A DNA stretch of 40,504 nucleotides from Fidelibacterota bacterium. GTDB lineage: Bacteria; Fidelibacterota; UBA2242. Where the stretch lies: positions 44,980-85,483 of the forward strand of contig JBNGDF010000010.1 of the NCBI GenBank assembly GCA_049975265.1, given 5' to 3'. The translations under genes and the position numbers were made by a program. Under the pieces are notes generated by a model. It saw only the letters and a program-made list of their open reading frames with translations, made no database searches and was not told the DNA's origin. Shown here one piece after another: positions 27,482 through 37,300 of the stretch (position 1 is the first letter of the stretch; each line of letters opens with the position of its first letter).

Positions 27482-29510
27482 TATCAGGATTACTATTGAT
27501 CATAAAATCTGTAACGCCAAAAGCGGTCAAACCATTCTGGAAGTTGCCCGGGAAAACAATATTTTCATCCCGACACTCTGCTACAACGAAAACATCACCC
27601 ACAACACCGCCTGCTTTGTCTGCGTGGTTAAAGATACCGGGACAGGGCGGTTCTTACCCAGCTGTGCCGCTCTGGCGGTGGACGGCATGGTCGTCGAATC
27701 GAACTCTGATGAGGTTCGCGATATGCGCAGGACGGCACTGAATTTATTGCTTTCGGAACACATTGGCGATTGCGAAGCCCCCTGTACGATGGCTTGCCCG
27801 GCACATGCCAATGTGGAGGAATACGTTCGCGCCGGTCGCAATAGAGACCTGCTGGGAGCACTGAAAATCATCAAGCAGCGTATACCGCTGCCTCTCTCCA
27901 TTGGTCGTGTCTGTCCCCGGTTTTGTGAAAAGGACTGCCGCCGCAATATTATCGATAAACCGGTGGCGATTAATGATGTCAAACGTCTCGCCGCCGATTT
28001 ATATTACGAAAGCTACATGGAAGATGTACCAGAACTGAACGGCAAGAAGGTCGCCATCATCGGCGCCGGACCGGGTGGTTTGGGTGCCGCCTATTTTCTG
28101 CGACTGAATGGCATCGCCGCCGACATTTACGATCAAATGCCCGAAGCCGGCGGTATGCTGCGCTATGGTATTCCCGAATACCGCCTACCGAAAAGCATTC
28201 TCGATAAAGAGATCGCCCACTTTGGAAAAATGGGCGGCATTGCTTTCTTCTTAAACCGGAAACTCGGTGCCGATCTTTCTCTCAAAGAGCTGAATCGTCA
28301 ATACGACGCCATCGTCATTGCCATCGGGTCCTGGCAACCGGCGCCCATGCGGGCGGAGGGCGAAGAACTGGCTGAGGGCGGCATTCGCTGGCTGGAAAAA
28401 ATTGCCCGCAATGGTTGGTGTGGTGAAAATCCCGGTAAAACCATTGTCATCGGCGGCGGCAATACCGCCATGGACTGCGCGCGGACAGCGGTACGCCTGG
28501 GAAAAGGTCAAAACGAGGTTTATTGCTACTACCGCCGCACTGAAAAGGAGATGCCCGCTGAGCAGATCGAGATCGACGAAGCCCGGAAAGAGGGCGTCAT
28601 TTTTGAGTTTTTAACCGCACCGGTTCGGCTTGCAGAGAAAAACGGGAAGAAAGTCCTGACCTGCATGCGCATGAAACTGGGTGAACCGGACGCTTCCGGT
28701 CGGCGCAGACCAATTCCCATCGAAGGTTCTGAATTCGATGTGGAAGCCGATACAGTCATTGCCGCTATCGGTCAAAAAACCGTTGCACCTGAATTTTTAT
28801 CAATAAACCGCTGGGGCGATATTGATGTGAACAAAGATAACAACCAGATGGCGGATAAAATCTTCAGCGCTGGTGACTGTGTCACCGGTCCGGCGACCGT
28901 GGTGGAGGCGGTGGCAGCCGCACGCCGCGCCGCTCTCGGCATTGTGGCATATCTGAAAGGTGAAAAATACAAAGAGCCATACACCATCAACGTCAGCCGT
29001 GGTCACTGGCAGTCATTGCGGAAAGAAGATCTCGTTTTCCTCAGAAACGTACGCCAGTCGGACCGCCAGCCGCTGCACCTCATCTCCCTGGAAGAAAGGA
29101 AAACAACCTTTAATGAGGTCTCCCGAACCTTCACTGTTGATGAAGTCGCCGCCGAAGGTGAACGCTGTCTGGAGTGCTCCTGCACCGCCAAACACGATTG
29201 CAAACTGAAAGAGTATTCCGAAATCTACGGTGCTCATCCCGAAGGCGTCGCTGGTGAAAAATTGCGCTATAATTTCGACACCCGGCATCCGTCAATCATT
29301 CTTGACCGTAATAAATGCATCAAATGCGGCATCTGCATCAAGGTCTGTAAGGAGGTTGTCAATCTCTCGCTATTGGGATTTAAACAGCGGGGATTTCATA
29401 CTTATCTCGACACAGCGTACGATGAACCTCTACCCACCACCTGCGCCGGATGCGGACAATGTATCGACGCCTGTCCCGTCGGTGCTCTCGATTGGAAAGA
29501 AAAGAGCTGA
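27468..29510 (+). CDS. NuoG-N/GltD fusion Fe-S flavoprotein (short StnC-like)
   Basis: IPTLC..CFVC..C [2Fe-2S]; DCEAPC..ACP, GRVCPRFCE.DC; FAD GAGPGG; NADPH GGGNTAMD..YRR; C-terminal CIKCGIC and CAGCGQC; no H-cluster or Mo domain. Confidence 0.88.
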   Translation: MPVSDIRITIDHKICNAKSGQTILEVARENNIFIPTLCYNENITHNTACFVCVVKDTGTGRFLPSCAALAVDGMVVESNSDEVRDMRRTALNLLLSEHIGDCEAPCTMACPAHANVEEYVRAGRNRDLLGALKIIKQRIPLPLSIGRVCPRFCEKDCRRNIIDKPVAINDVKRLAADLYYESYMEDVPELNGKKVAIIGAGPGGLGAAYFLRLNGIAADIYDQMPEAGGMLRYGIPEYRLPKSILDKEIAHFGKMGGIAFFLNRKLGADLSLKELNRQYDAIVIAIGSWQPAPMRAEGEELAEGGIRWLEKIARNGWCGENPGKTIVIGGGNTAMDCARTAVRLGKGQNEVYCYYRRTEKEMPAEQIEIDEARKEGVIFEFLTAPVRLAEKNGKKVLTCMRMKLGEPDASGRRRPIPIEGSEFDVEADTVIAAIGQKTVAPEFLSINRWGDIDVNKDNNQMADKIFSAGDCVTGPATVVEAVAAARRAALGIVAYLKGEKYKEPYTINVSRGHWQSLRKEDLVFLRNVRQSDRQPLHLISLEERKTTFNEVSRTFTVDEVAAEGERCLECSCTAKHDCKLKEYSEIYGAHPEGVAGEKLRYNFDTRHPSIILDRNKCIKCGICIKVCKEVVNLSLLGFKQRGFHTYLDTAYDEPLPTTCAGCGQCIDACPVGALDWKEKS

Positions 29511-29518
29511 ACGATTCT

Positions 29519-29953
29519 TTATTCATGCCCCGACCGCCCGCGATTCGCTACAATGTAGATACCAAATCCGATCAAAACGAGTGGCAACAAATACTGCCAT
29601 GAAAATCTGACAATATTCCGGAAGATATGGTCCAGATAGAACCAGTCCCGAAGCAGGAGAATGGCTCCGAGAATTACCAGAAACAGTCCGATCACAATCT
29701 GTGGTTTGTGGTCCCTTTTTTCCGGTACCCGACCGGATTCTTCAGTAAACAGATCCGCCGTATTCTCGTCACTCTCTTCAGGAATGATAATCCAGGCAAC
29801 TATGTACGCCAAAAATCCGACACCGCCCATGAAAAACAGAATCCCCCAGATCAGCCGGATAAAAACCGGATCGAATTCCAGATAATCCCCGATTCCGCCG
29901 CAAACACCTCCAATAATACGATTGGTATGACTACGATACAACTTCTTCATCAT
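29519..29953 (-). CDS. PspC-domain membrane protein
   Basis: KKLYRS..R.IGGVCGG...Y..DP..IRL, AYIVAWIIIPE, plus a C-terminal TM pair. Confidence 0.9.
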   Translation of the reverse strand: MMKKLYRSHTNRIIGGVCGGIGDYLEFDPVFIRLIWGILFFMGGVGFLAYIVAWIIIPEESDENTADLFTEESGRVPEKRDHKPQIVIGLFLVILGAILLLRDWFYLDHIFRNIVRFSWQYLLPLVLIGFGIYIVANRGRSGHE

Positions 29954-30665
29954 GTTCTCCGACTTTTTGAATGGTTTTTCTTAATTGTTTTGACATCTGA
30001 TCGACCCGCCGGATCGGTTCAGCAAGCCGATAATTGAAACAGAGACTCAGCACAAGCCGTGCGGCATCCGCCACCGTGCACTTATGTCCCGGCGATACAA
30101 ACAGCGGTCGGCAGTTGCGTCTGCTGCGCAAAACGGTTCCCACCTCCCGATTTTCAATATAAAGCGGCGAAGAGGCGCCCTTATTCATTCCGGGTTCCCG
30201 GTAATCGCCGACCAGTCTGGATTTTGCGCAACCGATACTCGGTTTGTCAAAAAGTAACCCAAGGTGCGCCGCCAGCCCCAGTCTCCGGGGATGGGCAATG
30301 CCGACACCATCGACAAGCATCACATCAAAATCCAGATCGATGCGCTCAAAAAGCGGTAAGAGCATCGGAATTTCCCGGAAACTCAGATAGCCTGGTATAT
30401 AGGGAAATGCCACCGCCCCACTCACAGTTTCAATCAGCAGATCTTGGAGCGCTACCGGATTTTTCCGGTTGTCATACTGAATCTGAAAAACGCCCAGCAC
30501 CGCATAACCCATACGGTCCCAGCGGGTATAGGAAACATCCACCGCCGCAACGGTTTCTGGTATGTGTTCCAACGGTGTCAACTGCACCCGTTCTCGGAGT
30601 CTGTTCTGAATCTCCCTTGCTCCGGCAATCGAAATATCCCAGGCGTGTTCAAAAACCGCCTTCAT
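29931..30665 (-). CDS. nfi: Endonuclease V (deoxyinosine 3' endonuclease)
   Basis: AVDVSY, PYIPGYLSFRE, DG.GIAHPRRLGLA, IGCAKS, VSPGH; ATG at 30665 overlaps the upstream stop (ATGA). Confidence 0.93.
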   Translation of the reverse strand: MKAVFEHAWDISIAGAREIQNRLRERVQLTPLEHIPETVAAVDVSYTRWDRMGYAVLGVFQIQYDNRKNPVALQDLLIETVSGAVAFPYIPGYLSFREIPMLLPLFERIDLDFDVMLVDGVGIAHPRRLGLAAHLGLLFDKPSIGCAKSRLVGDYREPGMNKGASSPLYIENREVGTVLRSRRNCRPLFVSPGHKCTVADAARLVLSLCFNYRLAEPIRRVDQMSKQLRKTIQKVGEHDEEVVS

Positions 30666-31429
30666 TCCTGCCTGAAACCACACTGTTGCAAGATCAGATT
30701 GATAAAATTCTGGAGCACTTTGGCGCTGGACTTGATCTGTTTGTTTCGTTTCAAAATAATATCGGGACGCATAATGTTCAGCGGATTGTGAAAATGTTCT
30801 CTTTTCAGAATCTCGTAATTTTTACGAATATAATACTCCATCACCGGCTTGGTATATTCGGGATGAAACTGCGTCGTATAGATAAATCCCTCGTAGCTGC
30901 AGGCTTGATACGCCGTCTGTTCATTCCAGGCGAGCGAAGCAACCTTTTCCGCAGTGGAACTGACGATATCGTAGTGGGAGGAATAGACCTCGATTTTGGC
31001 ATGATTCAGCCCCTGAAACAGCGGATCCGCCAGACCCGCCAGCGTCAAACGAATCCTGGAAATGCCGATTTCGGGACCCAGCGGATTGCGGATCACCTCG
31101 CCGCCCAGCAGAAGCTGGATAATCTGATGCCCGAAACAGATGCCGAAAGTCATGATTTTATGATCAATAATCTCATCCAGCAAACGCTCAACACCCTTCA
31201 GGTATGGATACGGTTCCGTCAATGTATCATGAGCACCGGTGAGGATGATTCCCTGATATTTTGCAATTTCCTGCGGAATCACATGCTCGATTTTCAGAGA
31301 CTTCCATTTCACCGGCTGATGGGGCAGAGCAGCGACAATCCAGCGTTCGAAATTGCCATGCTGAGCACTCAATTCGCGGTAGGTATTGCCCATTCTGATT
31401 ATTAATACTGCCGGTTTGCTAATCACCAT
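30662..31429 (-). CDS. Class I glutamine amidotransferase (GMP-synthase-like, stand-alone)
   Basis: GIILTG, FGICFGHQ nucleophile elbow, QFHPE. Confidence 0.9.
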   Translation of the reverse strand: MVISKPAVLIIRMGNTYRELSAQHGNFERWIVAALPHQPVKWKSLKIEHVIPQEIAKYQGIILTGAHDTLTEPYPYLKGVERLLDEIIDHKIMTFGICFGHQIIQLLLGGEVIRNPLGPEIGISRIRLTLAGLADPLFQGLNHAKIEVYSSHYDIVSSTAEKVASLAWNEQTAYQACSYEGFIYTTQFHPEYTKPVMEYYIRKNYEILKREHFHNPLNIMRPDIILKRNKQIKSSAKVLQNFINLILQQCGFRQE

Positions 31430-31581
31430 CCGCTTCCAACCCGTTGTTCATTGAAAAGATAGGCATAAGTGGCATACAATATCAACCATTATCAATATCG
31501 CCCTGCGTTCTGCCGTCTGTGATTTTTTTTGGTATATGCATCTGGCAGATATTGTTAAAACTCCCTATATTATTCATTGCA

Positions 31582-32328
31582 ATGCAGACTTTGAAAAAAG
31601 CAGCGGTTTTCGGTACCTGGACAGCACTCCTCTTTTTAAGTCCGCTGATCGCGCAGGCTCCGTCTGTAGGAGAAATTGATTCCGTGGCGGAAAAGATTCA
31701 GTGGTTCGGGCAATCCGCGATTAAAATCACGACAGATCAGACGACGCTTTACATTGATCCCTTCCGCATCACGGAGCGGGACCGGGCGGACATTATTTTC
31801 ATTACGCATGACCACAAAGATCACTTCGATCCGTCCAGTCTTTCCAAACTACTGACACCAAAAACGATCGTCGTGGCGCCCCGGTCATGCCGCACCAATA
31901 TCGAAAAACTGGATGTCGCTGATATTCGCTGTCTGAGTCCCTGGGATTCGGTCACCATAGCAGGTATTCATGTGCAAGCCGTGCCCGCTTACAACGTCGT
32001 AAAAAGCAATTTTCATCCAAAAAGCAGATACTACCTGGGCTACATCCTGACCATTGACGGAGTCAGGGTCTATCACGCCGGTGATACGGAGCGCATTCCC
32101 GAAATGCAGCAATTTGAATGCGATATTGCCCTGTTGCCGCTGGGGCAAAAATATACCATGAACAGCGTTTACGAAGCCGCCAATGCCGCTCTGGATGTAA
32201 AAGCGAAAATTGCCATTCCGATTCACTACGGTCTCTTCGAAGGAAAAATCTCCGACGCCGATGCATTTCAAAATATCTTACAGGACAGTGTCAGGGTTAT
32301 CATCAAGCCCTTTGATTTTACGCAGTGA
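31582..32328 (+). CDS. Secreted MBL-fold metallo-hydrolase
   Basis: YIDP, THDHKDH, VPAYN..H, YHAGDT, AIPIHY; signal peptide from ATG 31582 (track start 31444 is probably too long). Confidence 0.88.
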   Translation: MQTLKKAAVFGTWTALLFLSPLIAQAPSVGEIDSVAEKIQWFGQSAIKITTDQTTLYIDPFRITERDRADIIFITHDHKDHFDPSSLSKLLTPKTIVVAPRSCRTNIEKLDVADIRCLSPWDSVTIAGIHVQAVPAYNVVKSNFHPKSRYYLGYILTIDGVRVYHAGDTERIPEMQQFECDIALLPLGQKYTMNSVYEAANAALDVKAKIAIPIHYGLFEGKISDADAFQNILQDSVRVIIKPFDFTQ

Positions 32329-32346
32329 CAGCAAATCAATGACACC

Positions 32347-32416
32347 AAAACCTTCGGAAGGTTTTTAATAAAACCCCATTCCTATTGAAAATTACTCGTG
32401 AAACCTTCCGAAGGTT
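32347..32416. repeat. REP-like palindrome doublet (left of the blaI cassette)
   Basis: AAAACCTTC-G-GAAGGTTTT and AACCTTC-C-GAAGGTT, centres at 32356 and 32409. Confidence 0.85.
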
Positions 32417-32441
32417 GACTAAGTAATTTTCAAATTTTTAC

Positions 32442-32470
32442 TTGACATCTACTACTATACTCCTTACATT
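32442..32470 (+). promoter_or_regulatory. Sigma70 promoter of the blaI-like operon
   Basis: TTGACA (32442-32447), 17 bp, TACATT (32465-32470). Confidence 0.75.
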
Positions 32471-32485
32471 ACTACAGTTGTAGTA
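32470..32485. promoter_or_regulatory. BlaI/MecI/CopY operator
   Basis: TACTACA-GT-TGTAGTA palindrome containing the family consensus TACA-NN-TGTA, over the predicted +1 of the cognate repressor gene. Confidence 0.85.
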
Positions 32486-32512
32486 GGATAACGACATCAA
32501 TCGGAGTAGAAA

Positions 32513-32896
32513 ATGCCCAAAGTCAAAACCCTCACGCAACTCGAATGGGAAATCATGAAGCGGGTCTGGAAAAACGGCAAGACCACCGTCAGAGAAGTTC
32601 ACGAAGCCCTCTCTGCCGGTCAATCCAAAGCCTATACTACGATCCAGACCTACATGGAACGTCTCGTTGATAAAAAGTACCTTTCGAAAGAAAAAATCGG
32701 GCTGGTCAATTTCTATACCGCCCGGGTCAAAGAAAGTGATACCCTGAAGCGCGAAACCACCCACTTCGTGAAGCGGGCTTTCGATGGGTCGGTGTCAAAA
32801 CTGGCGGCATTTCTTTTTGATACCCAGGATTTTAATGAACATGACCTGGAAGAAATCAAGCGCTTAATCGAATCCAGGGAGCAGAAAAATGACTGA
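32513..32896 (+). CDS. BlaI/MecI/CopY family transcriptional repressor
   Basis: LT.LEWEIM..VW, TVREV, AYTTIQT...RL..K, FDGS...L. Confidence 0.93.
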   Translation: MPKVKTLTQLEWEIMKRVWKNGKTTVREVHEALSAGQSKAYTTIQTYMERLVDKKYLSKEKIGLVNFYTARVKESDTLKRETTHFVKRAFDGSVSKLAAFLFDTQDFNEHDLEEIKRLIESREQKND

Positions 32897-34250
32897 CACT
32901 ATCCTAAAACTCAACCTGATCGGCGAATACTGGCTTACCATCATCACACAGCAGTCATTGCAACTGGTAATCTTATTTCTGCTCCTTTGCAGTATCAATT
33001 TCCTGTTCCGGAAAAAATCCGCTGTTTTTCTCTACTCCATCTGGTCACTTTTCCTGTTTAAAGCGATCCTGCTTCCGGTTATCAGACTGCCCTTTTTGCG
33101 TCAGCCTGTGGTTCCGGCTATTCCGATGAATGCTTTCCGATTCGAGACCGTCGCCGCGCTTGGCGCTCCGTCAGCAAATTCATCAGTTTCTATTACAATG
33201 TCGGCTATACTATTCTTACTCTGGCTAGCTGGTATTTTAACGATACTATTAATCTATTTTCGCAACGAACGCCTGTTTTATTCCTCTTTGAATCATTCAG
33301 CAACGTTTAAGACGCCCGCGAATTTTAAACAATTACTACAACAAAACGGCATCTGCAAAGCGGTTACTCTATGCATCTCCCCCAATGTCCCGGCTCCTTT
33401 CACCAGGGGCTTCCGCAACCCGATTATCTACCTGCCTAAATCGGCAGAAAACTGGAACGATCAACAACTCAATCACGTCCTGTGCCACGAATTAGCCCAC
33501 ATTCAGCGCAATGACATTCTCGAAATTACCTTCCAGAATATCATCAATATTCTCTACTTTTTCCACCCTTTAGTCTGGATCGCCAATCACCAGATCAACT
33601 TCCAGCGGGAAAAAATCTGCGACGATGCGGCGATTCAGTTGCTGGATGAAAACCCAACCCGCTACGGTCGGACATTGATGGAAAACCTGGAGAGTTTTCT
33701 GGTTCATCGCCGCTTACCGCTGATCGCCAACGGACTTTTCTTCTCAAAGAAAACCATAATACGGCGATTTGAATATCTCTTAAACAATGGAAAGGAGATT
33801 AATATGAAACTGGGTTTCGCTCAAAAATTTTTCATTCTTACGATCGGAATATTTCTCATTATAACTGCCTGTGTCAATAAAACTGAACAGAATCCGACAT
33901 CTTCACCGGAGTTTTCAGAGCAAATGGTATCATCACCCGCGGTAAAATTTGTTCCTTACGATTCGCCCCCTGAACCCATCGGCGGATTTAAAGTAATTCA
34001 GCAGAACGTGGTTTATCCACAAGCCGATCAGGATGCCGGTCATGAAGGCACGGTCGTTGTCCAAGCCTTTATCAATAAAGAGGGAATTGTTACGGACACA
34101 ACCGCGATACTAGCGTCACCGGGCTACAAGGGACTTGAAAAAGCGGCGCTTGATGCCATTAAGAAGACAAAATTCAAACCGGCTATGCGAGAAGATCAAC
34201 CGGTCGGCGTCTATATTTCCGTTCCAGTTATGTTTAAACTCGACAGCTAA
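32889..34250 (+). CDS. BlaR1-like M56 metallopeptidase fused to a TonB C-terminal domain
   Basis: P.T.G..NPIIYLP, HELAH..R.D, FFHPLVW, RE..CD; C-terminal YP..A..G.EGTV.V..I..G..AL.A..KFKPA..V.F.L. Confidence 0.92.
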   Translation: MTDTILKLNLIGEYWLTIITQQSLQLVILFLLLCSINFLFRKKSAVFLYSIWSLFLFKAILLPVIRLPFLRQPVVPAIPMNAFRFETVAALGAPSANSSVSITMSAILFLLWLAGILTILLIYFRNERLFYSSLNHSATFKTPANFKQLLQQNGICKAVTLCISPNVPAPFTRGFRNPIIYLPKSAENWNDQQLNHVLCHELAHIQRNDILEITFQNIINILYFFHPLVWIANHQINFQREKICDDAAIQLLDENPTRYGRTLMENLESFLVHRRLPLIANGLFFSKKTIIRRFEYLLNNGKEINMKLGFAQKFFILTIGIFLIITACVNKTEQNPTSSPEFSEQMVSSPAVKFVPYDSPPEPIGGFKVIQQNVVYPQADQDAGHEGTVVVQAFINKEGIVTDTTAILASPGYKGLEKAALDAIKKTKFKPAMREDQPVGVYISVPVMFKLDS

Positions 34251-34283
34251 AAAACATAGTAATTCTCCGAAATTCCTCTCGAT

Positions 34284-34352
34284 AAACCTTCAGAAGGTTT
34301 CATGAGGAATTTTTGACTGGAGTGGCGGTTTTTAGAAACCTTCTGAAGGTTT
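34284..34352. repeat. REP-like palindrome doublet (right of the blaI cassette), between convergent genes
   Basis: AAACCTTC-A-GAAGGTTT and AAACCTTC-T-GAAGGTTT, centres at 34292 and 34344; the spacer is a reverse-complement homologue of the spacer in 32347-32416. Confidence 0.85.
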
Positions 34353-34361
34353 ATTATACTC

Positions 34362-37300
34362 TTAGCTGTATTCCTGCCAGCTGCGGATTTCCAGGCGCTC
34401 GTGAGTACCATGCATGATAGACTCAATAAAGCGCATGGCGATCTGGCGGTTGGTAATCAGCATGACATTGTAATCCACCGCCGCCCGCCGGATCAGGTAA
34501 CCATTGGTTAGTTCCTCATTCTGATAATTCTTGGGAATGTTGATGACCAGATCGATTTTTCCGTTGCTGATATATTCCACACAGTTAGGAGACGTTTTAT
34601 CCAGCGGCCAGTGGAGTGTTTGGACCGGTATTTGATTGATTTTCAGAAATCCCGCTGTACCTTCGGTGGCATAGAGCTGAATGCCGGAGCGACTGAGAAA
34701 CCGCACCCCTTCCAGCAGTTCGGCTTTCGAAGCGATTGGTCCGGTGGAGAGCAATACGCTCTTGAACGGCAATTTATAACCAACAGATAGGAGCGCTTTT
34801 AAAAACGCTTCATCGAAATTTTCACCAATGCAGGCGACTTCGCCGGTAGACGCCATCTCCACACCCAGTGTCGGATCGGCGCCCTGCAGTCGCATAAAGG
34901 AAAACTGCGGCGCTTTCACACCCACATAATCCAGTTCGAAAGATGAACTCGACCACTTCTGCACCGGCACCCGCATGATGACCCGCGTCGCCATATCAAT
35001 AAAATTTTTCTTTAGCACTTTGGAAATAAAGGGAAAACTCCGCGACGCCCGCAGGTTGCATTCGATCACCTTGACCTGGTTGTTTTTAGCAATAAACTGA
35101 ATGTTGAAGGGTCCGTTAATATTGAGCGCTTTGGCGATTTTTTTGGAAATCGAGCGGACCTGCCGAATTGTTTCCAGATAGGTCCTTTGCGGCGGAAATA
35201 CCAGGGTTGCATCCCCGGAATGCACGCCGGCATTTTCCACATGTTCGGAAATGGCATAGGCGATGATTTCACCGTTCTGGGCGACGGCATCCACCTCGAT
35301 CTCTTTGGCATTCTCCAGGAATTTACTGATGACGGTGGGATACTCCGGCGACAGAGTCACGGCTTTTTTCAGATAGGTCTCCAGCTCTTCGTCATTGGAG
35401 GCTACCGCCATGGCAGCACCGCTCAGCACATAGGATGGGCGAATCAGCACCGGATACTGATGTTCCCGGGCGAACTGCCGGGCTTCCTCTATGGAAGTCA
35501 ACTCTTTCCAGAGCGGCTGATCGATATCCAATCGATCCAGCAGATCGGAAAAATGCCGGCGATTTTCCGCCCGGTCGATACTTTCCGGCGAGGTTCCCAG
35601 AATCCGGATACCCTGTTTGTGTAGTTTCAAAGCCAGGTTGTTGGGAATCTGCCCGCCGACGGACACGATCACGCCGATGGGATTGAACATGCGGTAGATT
35701 TCGGTGACCGACTCAAGACTGATTTCATCAAAAATAAGATAATCTACCTCATCGTAATCGGTGCTGACGGTTTCGGGATTGTAATTCACCATCACCGTGG
35801 CGTAACCCAGTTTGCGCAGGGTCTTGCCGGTATTGACACAGCTCCAGTCAAATTCCACCGAACTGCCGATACGGTAGGCGCCTGAGCCCAGAATAAACAC
35901 CGTATTGGGATCGAACTGCTTCAGATCGTGCCGGTCGGCGTGATAGGTCAGATAGAGATAGTTGGTCTTCGCCGGATATTCCGCCGCCATGGTGTCAATT
36001 TGACGAATCCTGGGAAAGATTTGATATTCCTCCCGCAATTTGCGAATATCAGCCGGGTTCTGTCGGGTGACTATCGCAATTTGTTCATCGGAAAAACCGG
36101 CTTGTTTGGCGGTTTTAAGTAAATCGGCGGGAATTTGCTGTCCGGTCTGCGCCAGCTGCTCTTCGATGTAGACAATATTTTGAATTTTATAAATAAACCA
36201 GCGGTCAATGTGGGTTAATTCATAAATTTTCGTTATGGAAAAGCCCTGTTTGATGGCTTCGGCAATGGCAAAAATCCGTTCGTCTGTCGGCTCCTGCAGC
36301 GCTTTTTCCAGATTGTCAAAAGCAGGGCGCTTGTTCGCCACCAAACCTTTGGCGCCGCTTTCCAGCATACGCAGACCTTTTTGGAGCGCTTCTTCGAAGT
36401 TCCGTCCGATCGCCATGATCTCGCCCACCGATTTCATGCCGGAACCGATCAGCTTGGAGACCCGCCGGAATTTTTTCAAATCCCATTTGGGAATTTTCAC
36501 CACACAATAGTCGAGCGCCGGCTCGAAAAAGGCAGAAGTAATTTGCGTGATGGAATTTTTCAATTCGTGCAGTCCGAATCCCAGTGCCAGCTTGGCGGCG
36601 ATGAAGGCGATCGGGTAGCCGGTGGCTTTCGATGCCAGCGCCGAGCTCCGTGAGAGCCGGGCATTGACTTCGATGACACGATAATCATCGGATTCCGGGT
36701 GATAGGCGTACTGGATATTGCATTCGCCGACGATGCCGAGATGACGAATCGTCTTGATGGCAAGGGTGCGCATCTTGTGGCAGTCGTGGTTGGATAGTGT
36801 CTGGCTGGGCGCCACGACAATACTCTCGCCGGTGTGAATACCCATCGGATCGAAATTTTCCATGTTGCAAATGGAGATACAATTGCTGTAGCGATCGCAC
36901 ATGACCTCGTATTCAATCTCTTTCCAGCCCAACAGATACTCTTCGATCAGCACCTGGTTGGTATAGGTCAATGCTTTGCCTACTTTCTGCGCCAACTCCT
37001 CTTCATTGTTGCAGATTCCGGAGCCCAGTCCGCCAAGCGCGAAGGCGATTCGGACCATGACCGGATAGCCGATATTGGCGGCAATATCAATCGCTTCGGT
37101 GACCGTTTCTGCCGTGGCGCTGCGGGCGGTTTTAACACCGATTTCATTGAGTTTATCAATAAACAGATGACGGTCTTCGGTTCCCAAAATCGTCTCAATC
37201 GGGGTACCCAGCACGCGCACATTATATTTCCGGAAAACCCCGCGCCGGTTCAGTTCCAGTCCCGTATTCAGGGCGGTCTGCCCGCCGAAGCTCAGCAAAA

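Noticed and set aside
25312..29510. The missing NuoEFG module of the nuo-like operon, or an [FeFe]-hydrogenase
   Set aside because: The third subunit is a GltD fusion with no H-cluster motifs, and without NuoI/B there is no visible electron wire to the membrane arm.
30059..31405. 448 aa plus-strand ORF
   Set aside because: Antisense to nfi and the GATase gene, both of which have clear motifs; its composition is not protein-like.
31582..34250. Inducible beta-lactam resistance locus (MBL + blaI/blaR)
   Set aside because: The MBL-fold protein looks like a generic hydrolase and lies upstream of the operator; the M56 protein has a TonB-C domain, not a penicillin-binding domain.
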